Positions 36,165-47,255 of a stretch of DNA of 64,000 bases are shown here, in pieces (the stretch's first letter is position 1; every line of letters begins with the position of its first letter). A program made the translations under genes and the position numbers. The DNA is from a virus: IMG/VR virus record IMGVR_UViG_3300046675_000234, positions 1 through 64,000 of that record. One strand, written 5' to 3'. Under the pieces are notes generated by a model. The model saw only the letters and a program-made list of their open reading frames with translations, was not told the DNA's origin and searched no databases.

Positions 36165-36437
36165 ATGACATTCCCGCTCGGCTACCCGCAGGCGGCGGGT
36201 CCGCCCGTGCTGCTGAAGGCCCTGCGCCCGCTGGTCCGCTGGACCCAGGCAGGCCCCCAGCCGCCGGTCCCGCTGAACGGCATCTTCTGGGCGACCGCGA
36301 AGCAGGCCCCGCTGCTGGTGGCAGGGAACCTGGCCGTGCCCGCCCCGCCGGGAACCCCGCACCCGCCGCCGGAAGAGCCGCTGACCGTCAACATGGTGCC
36401 GGGCCTGGCATCCGGCGTCACCAACGCCAGCCGGTAA
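36165..36437 (+). CDS. Isolated plus-strand small protein resembling the head mini-domain family
   Basis: Fills the gap between minus-strand units; C-terminus GLASGVTNAS. Confidence 0.55.
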   Translation: MTFPLGYPQAAGPPVLLKALRPLVRWTQAGPQPPVPLNGIFWATAKQAPLLVAGNLAVPAPPGTPHPPPEEPLTVNMVPGLASGVTNASR

Positions 36438-36454
36438 TGTGGCTCGATCCACAA

Positions 36455-36688
36455 TTACCCCGGCGGCGGCACCACCGGTTCCGCGAGATCCGGCCGGTGG
36501 GTGTGCGGCGCGATGTACGCAGCCAGCGAGGCCAGCACCCAGGCCAGGATGATCGGCAGGTTCTGCTTCTGGTCGGCGGTGAGGTTGTCCCGCAGCCACG
36601 GGATGATCTCGATCAGCAGCCCGGACAGGTACCCGGCGGCCAGCGTGGTAATGCTGCCCGCCGCCACCTTGGTCTCGATCCCGCTCAT
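36455..36688 (-). CDS. Holin
   Basis: IETKVAAG.., two TM helices, AYIAPHT; in the endolysin operon. Confidence 0.75.
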   Translation of the reverse strand: MSGIETKVAAGSITTLAAGYLSGLLIEIIPWLRDNLTADQKQNLPIILAWVLASLAAYIAPHTHRPDLAEPVVPPPG

Positions 36689-37017
36689 CAGTCCGGCGGC
36701 TTCGCTTCGTAGGCCCGGCTGAGCTGGTCGCGCAGCAGGTAGCCCTCCAGCGCCCAGATCTTGTCGCGGGCGTGCGTGTAGGCGACGTCCCGGCCGACCT
36801 GCTCATCGAAGTTCTCCGGGCTGACCGCCGCCGAGTCACCGGTCACCGTCGAGCCGTTGACCAGTGTCAGCGCGCAGACGGTCACCGTGGTGCCGGGGAA
36901 GACGTAGAACTGCTCGCGCACGATCCGGGAGGTGACGTGCTCGGGCGTGACGCGCGGCGCGGTCAGGCCCTTGTCCTGTATGGCCTGCTCGATCTGAGCC
37001 TCGCTTCTCTCGCTCAT
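36688..37017 (-). CDS. Phage gp49/gp66 family protein (candidate cyclic-nucleotide sponge)
   Basis: APRVT..TVC.L.L.NG..VTG.SA.VSPENFD..G...A...A..KIW.LEGYLL family signature. Confidence 0.85.
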   Translation of the reverse strand: MSERSEAQIEQAIQDKGLTAPRVTPEHVTSRIVREQFYVFPGTTVTVCALTLVNGSTVTGDSAAVSPENFDEQVGRDVAYTHARDKIWALEGYLLRDQLSRAYEAKPPD

Positions 37018-37385
37018 CGCGGCCTCTGCTGCTTGCTGTTGCCGAGCTGCGCGGCCTGGCTGAACATCGCGGCCTCAGCCGGGTTGGCGGGCATCAGCCC
37101 GCCCCTCAGCTCCAGCCCGAGCGCGTGGCTCCAGCAGACCGGCAGCGCGCCGAACTGCGGCACCACGGTGCTGATCGCGTGGGTGACGGCGATGTTCAGC
37201 TCCTGGCCCTTCATGCTCGGGGCCATCGTGACCCGGACAGCCGGGGCATCCGCATCGCTCACCGACGCCTGCCGGACCAGCTCCTGCTTCTCGGCCACGA
37301 CGTGCTGCTTGACCAGCATCACGCAGACCGCGCACCACTCCCGGCCCGGCGGGGGCTCGGGACCGTCAAAGTAGATGTCCGCCAT
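37014..37385 (-). CDS. Hypothetical protein (CxxC...CxxH)
   Basis: RBS GGAAGGAG; putative promoter upstream. Confidence 0.6.
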   Translation of the reverse strand: MADIYFDGPEPPPGREWCAVCVMLVKQHVVAEKQELVRQASVSDADAPAVRVTMAPSMKGQELNIAVTHAISTVVPQFGALPVCWSHALGLELRGGLMPANPAEAAMFSQAAQLGNSKQQRPR

Positions 37386-37411
37386 GGGGCTCCTTCCGTG
37401 TACTCAGGACC

Positions 37412-37675
37412 CTAGCAGCCGGACTCGACCCGCAGCCTGTCCAGCTCGGCAATCAGCAGCGCGTCCCCGCCGTTGGGCAGGGGCCGGGTGACCACGGCGT
37501 AGAAGTGGCACCAGCGGTCGTTGTTCTTCTGGATGTACCAGGACGACAGCACCCATACGCCAGCCGTGCCGAGCAGCAGCGCGGCCAGCAGGATGGCCGT
37601 GCCCCAGATCAGCCGCCTGGTCTTACGGGGGACGGCAGCAGCAGGCACCGGCTCCTGTTCCGCCGTCTCGCTCAC
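37412..37675 (-). CDS. Single-TM lysis-cassette protein
   Basis: Coupled to the endolysin; TM helix then WC...GC. Confidence 0.65.
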   Translation of the reverse strand: MSETAEQEPVPAAAVPRKTRRLIWGTAILLAALLLGTAGVWVLSSWYIQKNNDRWCHFYAVVTRPLPNGGDALLIAELDRLRVESGC

Positions 37676-38700
37676 AGCGCGCCGAGCTTGGCCCAGGTAG
37701 CCGGGCCGACCACGCCGTCAGCGGTGAGCTGGTGCGTGCCCTGGAAGTGCTCGACCGCAGCCGTGGTGGCCCCGCCGAACGCGCCGTCCGTGGCGATGCC
37801 CGCGTTCGCCTTGTTCAGGTCGTGCTGCATCAGGTGCGTCCACGCGCCGGATGATCCCGCGCGCAGCACCGGGGCATCTCCCGCGATGATCGTGACCTGC
37901 GCGCCGGGCCTGGCATCGCTGCCGATGGCGGGGCCGGTGGCGGTGCAGATCTGCGCGGCCTTCTGGCCAGCGGCGGCGGCCGGGACCAGGTGCGCGGCCA
38001 GCAGCCGGTCGTGGCTGGCTCCCGCCGTCTTGCCCGCGCAGTCCGGCACGGTGACCATGCCAGCCGGGGTGACGTGTACCGGCACGGGTCCGGGCAGCGG
38101 CGGCGGCGCGCTTCCGCCGACCATGGCCGCGAGCTGGGCGAACGTGCCCTTGTAGGCGTTGGCGTCCACGGCGCTGAACCCGCCCGTCCGCATCGTGGAC
38201 GAGTACTGCCAGACATCGGGCGACATGCCGCCGTAGCTGTTCCAGCCCGGCCCGCCGTCGCTGTAGCTGGTGTACGCGCTTGAGACCAGGTGCAGGCGGC
38301 GCTGGATGAACGGGTTGAGCGACGGCGACCCGAGCTGCTGCCACCACCAGCGCGGCAGGTACAGCATGTTGCAGATCCCGCCGTGGCTGCGCAGCCGGTC
38401 GCAGAAGGCCGCGCCGTCCCCGATGCCGGGGTGCGAGCTTCCGGTGGGCTCCAGGTCGATCATGCAGGGCAGCTTCCCGGCCCGGCTGAAGTAGTAATCA
38501 GCCTGGCCAGCGCCGTTGCCCGCCGTCAGGAAGTGGTAGCCGAAGAAGTACGCGCCCGCGTTCGCGGCCTGGCCCTTGAAGCGCTGCCAGTACGGGTTGG
38601 TGTAGCCGGTGCCCTGGGTGACCTTGGACGCCACGGCGTGCCAGCCGTTCAGGTTAATCCCGGCCTGGAATGAGCTGATGTCGATGTAGAAGACGGCCAC
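37672..38700 (-). CDS. Endolysin: GH25 muramidase + PASTA-like + peptidoglycan-binding domain
   Basis: IDISSFQ..KVTQG..YHF..IDLE..WQYS..VDAN; VTVPDCAGKT..GAQVTI; DG.FG..T..AV..FQ..L.ADGVVGPATW. Confidence 0.9.
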   Translation of the reverse strand: MAVFYIDISSFQAGINLNGWHAVASKVTQGTGYTNPYWQRFKGQAANAGAYFFGYHFLTAGNGAGQADYYFSRAGKLPCMIDLEPTGSSHPGIGDGAAFCDRLRSHGGICNMLYLPRWWWQQLGSPSLNPFIQRRLHLVSSAYTSYSDGGPGWNSYGGMSPDVWQYSSTMRTGGFSAVDANAYKGTFAQLAAMVGGSAPPPLPGPVPVHVTPAGMVTVPDCAGKTAGASHDRLLAAHLVPAAAAGQKAAQICTATGPAIGSDARPGAQVTIIAGDAPVLRAGSSGAWTHLMQHDLNKANAGIATDGAFGGATTAAVEHFQGTHQLTADGVVGPATWAKLGAL

Positions 38701-38708
38701 GGTTCCTC

Positions 38709-38933
38709 CTAAGACCGGCGCGGGGGCCGGGTCGCGGTCAGCACCGCCAGCTCCGTGGTGTGCCGGGCTACCGCTTCCCGCAGCTCACCGGCCTCGGTGA
38801 TCAGGGACTCGATCCTGGCCGCGTTGGCGCTCGCCTCGGTGGCGGCGCGGTAGATCGACCGGGCCAGGGACACGATCAGCCCCATGCCCGCGCACAGGCC
38901 GCTCAGACCGCCGATCCAGATGCCGGGGTGCAT
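38709..38933 (-). CDS. TM + coiled-coil protein upstream of the endolysin (holin/antiholin-like)
   Basis: N-terminal hydrophobic helix followed by coiled coil. Confidence 0.55.
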   Translation of the reverse strand: MHPGIWIGGLSGLCAGMGLIVSLARSIYRAATEASANAARIESLITEAGELREAVARHTTELAVLTATRPPRRS

Positions 38934-41681
38934 ACCACCATGGTGCCCCAGGAATCGCACATCGGCACGCGCCGCTTCATCCCGTCCTGGTCCGCGATCC
39001 ACTCAACCGCCGGGATGCTCACATGGTCCGGCCCGGAGTACGGGCACATGCACTCGGAGCAGGTGCAGTGCCCGATGAAGGCCATCGAGCCCTCATCGGC
39101 GGTGGACCGGACGCCGCAGTGGTGGCCGCAGCCGGGGCTCAGGTGCTCGCCGGGCAGCGCCTGCCGGATGCTCATGCGTGGCACCGCTCCCGTTTCCAGC
39201 AGGTGACCGCCAGCGGGTGCGCCCGCCAGCCGCAGCGCTCCGGTTCGGTCCAGGGCCTGGTCCAGGTGCACGCCACGAACCCGTGACCGGTCTCGGGCTG
39301 GCGGCAGGCCAGCCCGAGCTTGTGCCGCAGCCAGTCCATCAGCCGTGCGCGAGCGGCGGCGGGGCTGGCTCGAACGGCGGCGGCATGACGTCCCTGGCTA
39401 CCGCCATCTCGCCCCCGCCGTGCTCGTAGTGCTGGACAACCAGCGCATCGCCCAGGAACGCGCGGGTCTCGTCAATGCAGGAGCCGCACAGGTCGAACGG
39501 CTTGTACTCGTCCTGGCTGACCACCTCGCCGCCAGCCCTGGCGTGGAACTCCGACAGGTGCAGGTGCCCGGTGCGGTAGGCGCACTCAGCGCCGCAGCGG
39601 TCACAGAAATGCCTCGTGCTCATGGTGCCCTCATCTGTATAGGTCCGCGAGATGCCCGATCCGTGAGCATCAGATCCCGGAAATATTCGTGATCGCCTTC
39701 GGGTCGGCCACGACCATGCCCGCGCGGGCGTGCTGCTGGAGCCGCAGCACCCGCTGGTGCTCGGCCGCATCCTCGCGCGCCCAGCGCTCCAGCACCCACT
39801 GGATCGCCTGCGCGGGCGTGTCGGCGTCCATGATGATGGTCGAGCGCATCGTGGCGGCCAGGTGCCAGTGCACCTCGGTGCCGCCCTCGATGGTGCGCTG
39901 GCCCCAGCTCGCGCCGGGCAGGTCCCGGCTGGCGTACAGCCGGATGCCGCCCTCATCCCGCCGCACCCATGTCAGCAGGCACTCGGGCTTGCCGTTGCTG
40001 ACCGGGACGGCGATCTCGTTGCTGGCGATGTCCTGGTACTGGGTCATTCGATCACGCGCCTCTCTGGCTCCCGTGCGAAGTTCGCCGCGATGTCCTTCAT
40101 CGCGTCGGTGTAGCCGGTGTCGGCCCACGGCGCGGCAAATGGCGGCAGCTCCTGACCGGCGTCCTTGCGGAGCTGGAACGCGGCCCCCTTCAGGAAGTGG
40201 TAGACCGCGTGCGCGGTCGGGTCGGTCACCAGCTCGCGCGGCATCTGGCGCTCCAGCGCGCCCATGGCGCGTTCGAGCAGTATCGCGTCCGCGACCATCC
40301 GCTGGTGGTCTGCGCAGGTCATCAGAATCCTCCCCCCTGACTCGGGCTAGACGGTGACGCGGGAGACGTCACGCCAGGGATCGGGTTATCCGTGCTCGGT
40401 GACGCATCACCTCCCGTGGCAGATGGCGGGACGTATCCCGAGATACCGGGAATGTTGGCGGAGCCAGACGATGGCACGCGGTTCGGCGTCAGGCTGGGTG
40501 AGGGTGTGCCCTGCGGCCGGGCAGTCGGCTGGTAGCTAGGTTGCACAGTGACAGGCGGCTCAGTGACGTAGTGCGTTGAGGCACGCGGCACCGGGGGCCG
40601 GATCGTGGTGTGGATGACCTGGGCGGGCGGCGTGATCACCTTCACCTGGGCTGGCTGCACCGCGTAGTAGTAGACCACGGTCGCGGCCATCCCGAGCAGC
40701 ACCGAGCTGCCCAGGACCGCCAGCAGGAGCTGCCAGCCGCCGATGGGCCGCCACTTCTGCCGCCACCTCTGCCGCCTCATCCGTGCCGCCGGAAGAAGTG
40801 ATGGCGGTAGCGCTTCAGGGCGCGCTTGCGCACGGGCCAGGTCCGCAGGCACAGCGGGCACTGGACCCGCTTGTGGCTGTAGGCCAGCGGCGGCATCGGG
40901 TCAGGAGCCACCCAGGTCAGCGTGCGCAAGGGGCTCCCTCCGTATGTAGCGGGCCAGCACGACCGTACCCGTCGCGTCCCAGCACAGCGAGCACCGCCAG
41001 CCCAGCTTCGTGCGCTCGGCCTCATCAGCGTGGGCCTCGCAGGCGTCACTGGGCGCGATGTGCTCGCTCGGGCAGCCGATCCAGATCCGCACCGTCGCGG
41101 CCATGCGGCAGCGCCTGGTGCCGTGGTAGACCACGCAGGCATCATCGGTCTTGCGGTGGTCCGGCCGGTTGTCCCAGTGCGGGTACAGCCCGCCGCCGGT
41201 AGCACGGTCCAGGGCCTGCTGAAGCTCGGTCTCCCGGTTCTCGGGCAGGGTGAGCATGCCCGGCGGCGGGGTGTCAGGATCTGTTAGCGGGGTGCGGCGG
41301 GCCGGGGTCCGGGAGAGCAGTTCCTCGTCTATGTCCCGCTGATCGGGTTTGCCGGTGCCCGTTGATCCGCTCATGAATCAGGTGTCCTCGCAGGTAGATG
41401 CGGTAGTCCGTCAGTCCGCCGAGGTACAGCAGGAACGCCTCCAGCGCATCCTGGCACTCGGCCTCGCTGGTCGTGGAGACGATGATCATCTACAGCGCCT
41501 TGATCAGCACGGCGAGCTGGCTGAACGTCCACTTGATGCCGGTCCCCACGCCGCTCATGAACGGCTGGCTGCTGGTGCCGGGGGTGCTGATGATGCCCAC
41601 GATCCAGAACACGATCAGGACCGCCGCGATGGTCAGAGCCGCCGCGAACACCTTGATCGCGCCGGACGCGATATCACCCAT
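38903..41681 (-). other. Cluster of small hypothetical genes, many Cys/His-rich (e.g. 39339-39623, 39670-40047, 40044-40322, 40322-40780 TM/Pro-rich, 40777-40896, 40901-41374, 41490-41681 TM)
   Basis: Abutting or overlapping minus-strand ORFs with ATGA/TGATG coupling. Confidence 0.55.
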
Positions 41682-42051
41682 GGCCCCATCCTGACTCGGG
41701 CGGGGGCTCGGCGGCGGCTGCCAGCCCCGGATAGGTCCGGTCGATCTCGGCCATCGCCAGCGCCCCGGCCTCGCCGCACAGCGACTGGGCGGCGTCGGGG
41801 TCCGGGTCATTCTCGGCCATGTAGCTGCCCACGGCGGCCTGGACGGCTGCGCGGCGTCCCAGCCAGCCGGGATCGTGCTCCCGGTCGTGGCTCGGGCCGT
41901 AGCCCTGCTCGATCTGCCGCCTGCGCTCGGCCAGCACAGCCGACGCGCCGCGCCAGGCCCCGCGCTGACCCAGCCAGAGCAGGTCGTGTATGGCCTGCTC
42001 GATCGTCCCGGCCATCTGGTTCGCGGGCTTGGCCTCGCCCATGGTCATCAC
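41674..42051 (-). CDS. Conserved phage protein, ERxRQ..HD..AEIDR type (all-alpha, possibly MazG-like)
   Basis: AVLAERRRQIEQG..HDREH..L..AGAL.MAEIDR. Confidence 0.6.
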   Translation of the reverse strand: MMTMGEAKPANQMAGTIEQAIHDLLWLGQRGAWRGASAVLAERRRQIEQGYGPSHDREHDPGWLGRRAAVQAAVGSYMAENDPDPDAAQSLCGEAGALAMAEIDRTYPGLAAAAEPPPESGWGHG

Positions 42052-42087
42052 TTCCTCATCGTTGTGTAAACAGCATAGCGCGGCAGA

Positions 42088-42116
42088 AGGCCCGGCAGCG
42101 CGGGACTGCCGGGCCT
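42088..42116. terminator. 11-bp hairpin, probable terminator
   Basis: aggcccggcag-N7-ctgccgggcct after the small ORF at 42127-42240. Confidence 0.6.
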
Positions 42117-42371
42117 CCTTGCGTGCTTACGGCCGGATCACGACCGTGGAGAACAGGTCCGTCAGGTTCCGGGGCTGGCGCTTGACCTCAGCTCCGTAGT
42201 ACGTCGGGTTGACCTGGCTCCCGCTCGGGTTGCTGTACACAGGTTCCTCTCACTTGCTCGTGCCGAACACCACCGGGTCAGGCGGCTCGGTCTGCTTGTC
42301 CTCGGGCACCCCGGCCTGGGAGACCTCGCGCCAGAGGCGGGCGGCAGCAGCGGCGTCCTTCTTGCTGCCCA

Positions 42372-42935
42372 TCAGATGGGCTTGAACTTCGGGAACAGCC
42401 AGACCTGCGTGAACGGGATATTGCCGCTGGAATGCAGCCACTGCGTCCCGCGCCCGCTCCCGGCCTTGTTCGGAGCGGACAGCAGCCTGCCGCCGTGCGC
42501 CTGGATGATCGTGTTGTAGATGCCGCCGATGTGGCCGAGCAGGGTGCCTCCAGGGGGCAGCTCGATCCCCCGGCCGCAGTCGTACATGTGCGCGTAGTGG
42601 AAGACCTTGCCCTTGATCTTGACCGTCTGGGGCACCGCGCTCAGGCAGGAGCCGGGGTTGGCGGCCAGGCCCATGACGATGACGGCCTTGTACCGGGCGA
42701 CCTTCCAGCGCTGGGTGGCGTTCAGCCTGGATGTGCACGGGGCCAGGTTCACCCGCGCGCCGGGGTGCGTGCTGGCGGCGGTCAGGCACGGGTGGTGCTG
42801 CTGGTCGGCCGTGATGTGGCCCTCAGCGACGGACGGGGGCGGTCCCGGCTTGGCGGATGCTACCCCGCTGGTGAGACCGGCCGCCAGGGCGGCTGCGAAG
42901 GGGATGGCCACGAGCAGCGTTGCTCTGTGCTTCAC
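42372..42935 (-). CDS. Secreted ricin-B/beta-trefoil lectin-like protein
   Basis: Signal peptide; CL..V.L.PC..QRW, CL..YDC and QVW repeats. Confidence 0.7.
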   Translation of the reverse strand: MKHRATLLVAIPFAAALAAGLTSGVASAKPGPPPSVAEGHITADQQHHPCLTAASTHPGARVNLAPCTSRLNATQRWKVARYKAVIVMGLAANPGSCLSAVPQTVKIKGKVFHYAHMYDCGRGIELPPGGTLLGHIGGIYNTIIQAHGGRLLSAPNKAGSGRGTQWLHSSGNIPFTQVWLFPKFKPI

Positions 42936-42962
42936 TGATTTTCCTTCCTTATCGTCGTGTAC

Positions 42963-45900
42963 TCACCCCGATGCTAACCCAGCCGCCTCCGCTTCGCAGC
43001 CAACTTCGGTGACCTCCAGCTCATCCCAGCGGGCCAGCCGCATGAACATCGGGTCATCGGGCCGGATCACCATCAGCCGGGTCAGGTCGCGGCGGGTGGT
43101 CTGGACCGTGCCGTCGCTCTGGAGGTAGCCGAGCCTGATGCCCCGCTCGGTCAGCGTCTCATTGGCTGGCATATTGTTGCAGGCCAGGTCAACGACCGTG
43201 AAGAAGCCGGTGATGTCGGTCTTCAGCAGGTCTCCCAGCCACTGCATCGTGGCCTGGACCGCGACGGCGGGGAACTGCACGTCGCTGCCCTTGACCGTGA
43301 CCAGCTTCATGACCGCAGCCACCGCTCGACCTGCTCGGCGGTTCGCCCGCCGCCGGGCGTCAACTTCAGCCCGAGCCCCTCGTACGACAGCAGGCCCCCT
43401 TGCAGCATCTCGGTGATCACGCGGGCCAGCTTGCTCACGTTGATCGTCTCGACCGTGCTCACCTGGTACAGGTCGGGGACCTGCTGCGGCGGCTGCGGCG
43501 GGCTGTCCGCATCGCGGGTCAGGTCCATGATCGGCCACTGATTGCGCTCTTCCTCGCGCGACGGCAGCCAGCCCTCGGTCTCGGCCTGCCAGCCAGCCGG
43601 TATGCCCGCCTCGCCCTCCTTGAAGATCTGCGTGGCCAGGTCGCGGGTCTCCAGGTCGCGGCTCAGCCGCTGCGCTGACTTGTACGCGGCTCCCTGGAGG
43701 ATCTGGATACCGCTCAGCCGCTCGCGGAACTTGTCCGGGTCATAGCCAGCCTCGGCCTCAGCCGCCCAGCCCTCGATCATCGCGTCGGTGATGATCCTGC
43801 CGTCCTTGGTGCGGTAGACCTCGGGCAGCTCAGCGGGCGGCAGCAGCCAGTCCTCGGCCTCGGCCTGCTCGGCAGCGGGCTGTTTCACCGTGGCGTCGTC
43901 GTTCAGCTCGCCCGCGTAGCGGAACCGGATCACCGGCCGGGAAGCGCCGACTGAGTACTCCATGCCGCTGAAGGTCACCGCGTACTGTCCGGCCGGTAGC
44001 TGGCCGGGCAGCCCGTCGATCTTGATCTCGCAGTGCCGGGCTGACTCGATGTCCTCGGCCGTGATCAGCTCGGGGTCGGGCACCAGGCCCTCGCAGCCGG
44101 TGTCGCCGGTCGGCTCGGTGCCGTGGCGCTCTTCGTAGGTGTCGCTCATCGTGCCGCCGCCTCTGTTCCCTCGGGCGCTGGCGGCGGGGTGTAGCCCGTG
44201 CCGCCGCGCAGGTGCTGGCGCTGCGGGTGCCGCGAGCGCATCAGCAGGTCGCTGACCGGCGCGGACATCGAGATAGCCGCCAGCTCGTACCGGCCGGTCG
44301 GCCACCGCTTCCGCAGGATCTGCGCGGCGGTCTCCAGCACCTCGGCATCGCCTCGCAGGTCAGCGGGGCTGTCCATCGTGTCCATGGCGTTTCGTCCTCC
44401 ATCTGTGAATGCGCTCAGCCAGCCGCGACAGGTGCGGCCTCAGCGCGAGGATCAGCAGGATCAGGATGGCTGCCAGTCCCCCGATCCACGCAGCGTGGCT
44501 CATCGCTCATTCCTCATCGTTGCCGTGCGGGTGCTTCTCACCCGCCTCCGGTGGCGTAAACAGACCAGGCGGGATGGGCATTCCCGGCAAGATGGGCTCG
44601 CCCGTCCAGGGCGATGCCAGCATGATCCCGTGGACCGGGCACTTGGCCTGCGTGGGCACGCGGGACCGCCAGCGGTAGGCCATCCGGCAGGTGCACAGGA
44701 CCGGCGCGAGGAACGCCACCAGCTCGATCCGCTCGGCCAGCATCGCCCGCTCGGCCGCGTTGACGGCCTCGATGTGCGCCCTCTGCTCGGGCGTGAACTG
44801 CGGCGGTCGCTGCTGGCCGAAGAACGCCTCAAGGTCGGGGATCTCCGTCATGCGCGCCTGCTGGCGTGCCCGAGCTTCTTGCGGATGCGCCGCCGCTGGG
44901 CAGGCGTCTGGGCGCGGCTGGTCGGCCCGGACGCATCGCGCAGGCCGTAGCTCGCCAGCCGCCGCTCGTAGCTCATCGGCAGCGCCTGGCCGCGCTTGCG
45001 CATTGGCGGCGGCTCGCTGTACGTGACCTTGATGTTCTCGGCCTCGGCCTCGGGCTCGTCCTTGCGCCAGTGCCGGGTGATGATGTCGAGCACGCTGCTA
45101 GGCATGGGCTGCGTCCCTGGTCGCGGTGTCGTAGGTGTCAGCGACCTGCCGGGCGTAGAACCCGGCCAGGGCTCCCGCTGCCACGGCTGCCGCCACTATC
45201 AGCACCATCTTCATCTTCTTCACGCGGTATCACTCCCTCATCGTTGAGATGCGCCCGCCACGCCGCGACCGCATCGCGTGCCAGCATACGGGCTCTCGGC
45301 CCGGCCAGGATCTTGCGCTCGCCGCGCGGGTAGCAGGTGCACGTCACCGCGAGCGGCGCGGTGGACCGCCGGGCGCGGTTGCTGTTGCCGGTTCCCCAGT
45401 AGAAGATCACCAGGTCATGGCCGCGCGGCATCAGGTCCGCCGCCGTCCTCGCGTCCGCTGCCGGATAGCCCGCAGTCCGGGCATGTCCCGGAACCTGATG
45501 CGGTTCTCGATAACGTGTATGCCTACGCGCTCTGACCTGGCCCGCTTCAGCAGGAAATCCTGCTTGGCCTTGCCTCTCACCGCGCCTCCCTCTGTTGGAT
45601 CGTGTTGGTTCTCACGTTCCGTGATTACCCCAGGTTACGGTGCGTCCGTGCACCGGCCGCGCAGCAGCACGCCCTCCAGGCAGCGCATCATCGCGCCGGG
45701 CCTGCCGCAGCGGTCCATGCCGCGCAGCGGGGCCTGGCACGTCTTGGGGCCGGGCATCGGGGGCGCGGGCTCGTACGGCTCGGCGGCTCTCAGACGCTCA
45801 CCAAGGCGCTTGCGCTCGCTCGGGTCCAGTGACGCGAGCGCATCGCCCAGCGGGCCGTCTGGGACCGCCAGGGCCGCGCGCAGGCCATCCTGAGCCAGCC

Positions 45901-46363
45901 GGGCATCGACCGGTTCAGGCATCGCCAGCCGCCTTCTGCGCCCTGAGACGGTTGATGTTCTTCTGACGCAAAGCGTCTCGCATAGCGTGCTGAGCCAGGT
46001 GGTTCTCACGGGATCGGCAGTCCTTGCACGAGCACGCCAGGATGACTTCCCAGGTGACGTGGCAGAGGCTGCAACGGCCCGCCTCGGTCCCGTCGTACGC
46101 GCAGAGGCCCGAGTGCCTGGGACAGCCCGTGGTGGACGTCTGAGAGCCGCTCATGCCGGGTGCTCCAGGTCGGCCTGGATCTTGCTCATGCGCCCGGCCT
46201 GGCCCTCGATCATGACCGTGGGCTCGACGTCGGCAGGCTCGCCCTCGTGCTCCGCGAACTCAGCCAGCCCGTCCCAGCATTCCACGAATACCCGCAGGTC
46301 AGCCATGGTGAGCCAGCCCTGCTTGGCCTCGGTCACGACGCGCACGGAGGTCTTCGCGCTCAC
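42963..46363 (-). other. Cluster of small hypothetical genes (42963-43310, 43307-44149, 44146-44385, 44360-44503, 44507-44851, 44848-45105, 45098-45223, 45635-45922, 45915-46154, 46151-46363)
   Basis: Coupled minus-strand ORFs, several with CxC/CxxH motifs. Confidence 0.55.
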
Positions 46364-46911
46364 TCGCCAGCCGCCGCGTCGATCTTGGCCTGCTCCCACA
46401 GCGCGGGCCAGTCGATCGGCTCGGGCGGCGGCGCGGGCATGATCATCGCGTGCTCGGGCCGCAGCCCGCCCCTGATGCCGAGCGCGGTCATGATCATCGT
46501 CAGCTTGTGGTCGAGCAGCTCCAGCGTGACGGGCTCGGGAGCGGGCAGCGCAGGACCCGCCCAGTCGGGTGCCGCTGCCACGGCCTCGGCCATCCCCGGC
46601 AGGGCGTCCTGGGCGTAGTCATGACCGCTCGGGTGGCGCTCGATCGAGGCGGCGAGCTGCTCCGGGGTGACCCCCGCGTCGGACGCGGCGGCCACCAGCC
46701 GCTGCTGCCGGTACTCGCCGGTAACAACCTCCCACGCCTCAGCCAGCCCCTGCTCCGAGTCGAGCAGTCCCCGCTGTCGCAGGTGCCCCTCTATGCTCAC
46801 AGGACTCGACAGACGGGGCTTGTCGGGGAGGTCTTTCCAGTACCTCGCAACCCATCCCACCTGGTCTTCTCTGCTCCGCTGGTCCATCAGCCACGCGCTA
46901 AAAGTTGCCAT
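46360..46911 (-). CDS. YozE/SAM-like domain protein
   Basis: TFSAWL.DQ..RED.VG.VAR..D...P..AW..Y pattern. Confidence 0.6.
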   Translation of the reverse strand: MATFSAWLMDQRSREDQVGWVARYWKDLPDKPRLSSPVSIEGHLRQRGLLDSEQGLAEAWEVVTGEYRQQRLVAAASDAGVTPEQLAASIERHPSGHDYAQDALPGMAEAVAAAPDWAGPALPAPEPVTLELLDHKLTMIMTALGIRGGLRPEHAMIMPAPPPEPIDWPALWEQAKIDAAAGE

Positions 46912-47078
46912 GAGTAACCATCCGCTCCCTCATCGTAGTCGTGCGGCCCGGCCCCGCCCCAGGGGAACCCCCGCAGGGCACCCAGGACGGGGCCGGTCCG
47001 TGCCCTCCACCCTACCGCCTGAGTACACCGGAAGCACCCCATTCCTTCAAGTTCTAGATGAGATCCTGGATTCCTCGT

Positions 47079-47255
47079 TGCGGGCGGGCGTGCCTGTCTC
47101 TCTTACCCCTCTCTTTTTCTTTTTCTCTAGTCCATAAAGGTATAGAACGGACACCCGCACACCCGCTACACCCGCAGACACCCGCTGTGTATTTCCATCC
47201 GCAATACCCGCACACCCGCAGATTCTGTGTTTACACACCCTAGATTTGCGGGGGT
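47079..47255. repeat. Iteron-like ACACCCGC repeats beside an AT-rich polypyrimidine tract: candidate replication origin
   Basis: ACACCCGC at 47151, 47159, 47168, 47178, 47212 and ATACCCGC at 47204. Inverted GCGGG copies near 47079 and 47248. T-rich tract ~47097-47128. Confidence 0.65.

Noticed and set aside
47151-47219. Mini CRISPR array
   Set aside because: Repeats are 8 bp and nearly adjacent, without spacers; better explained as iterons
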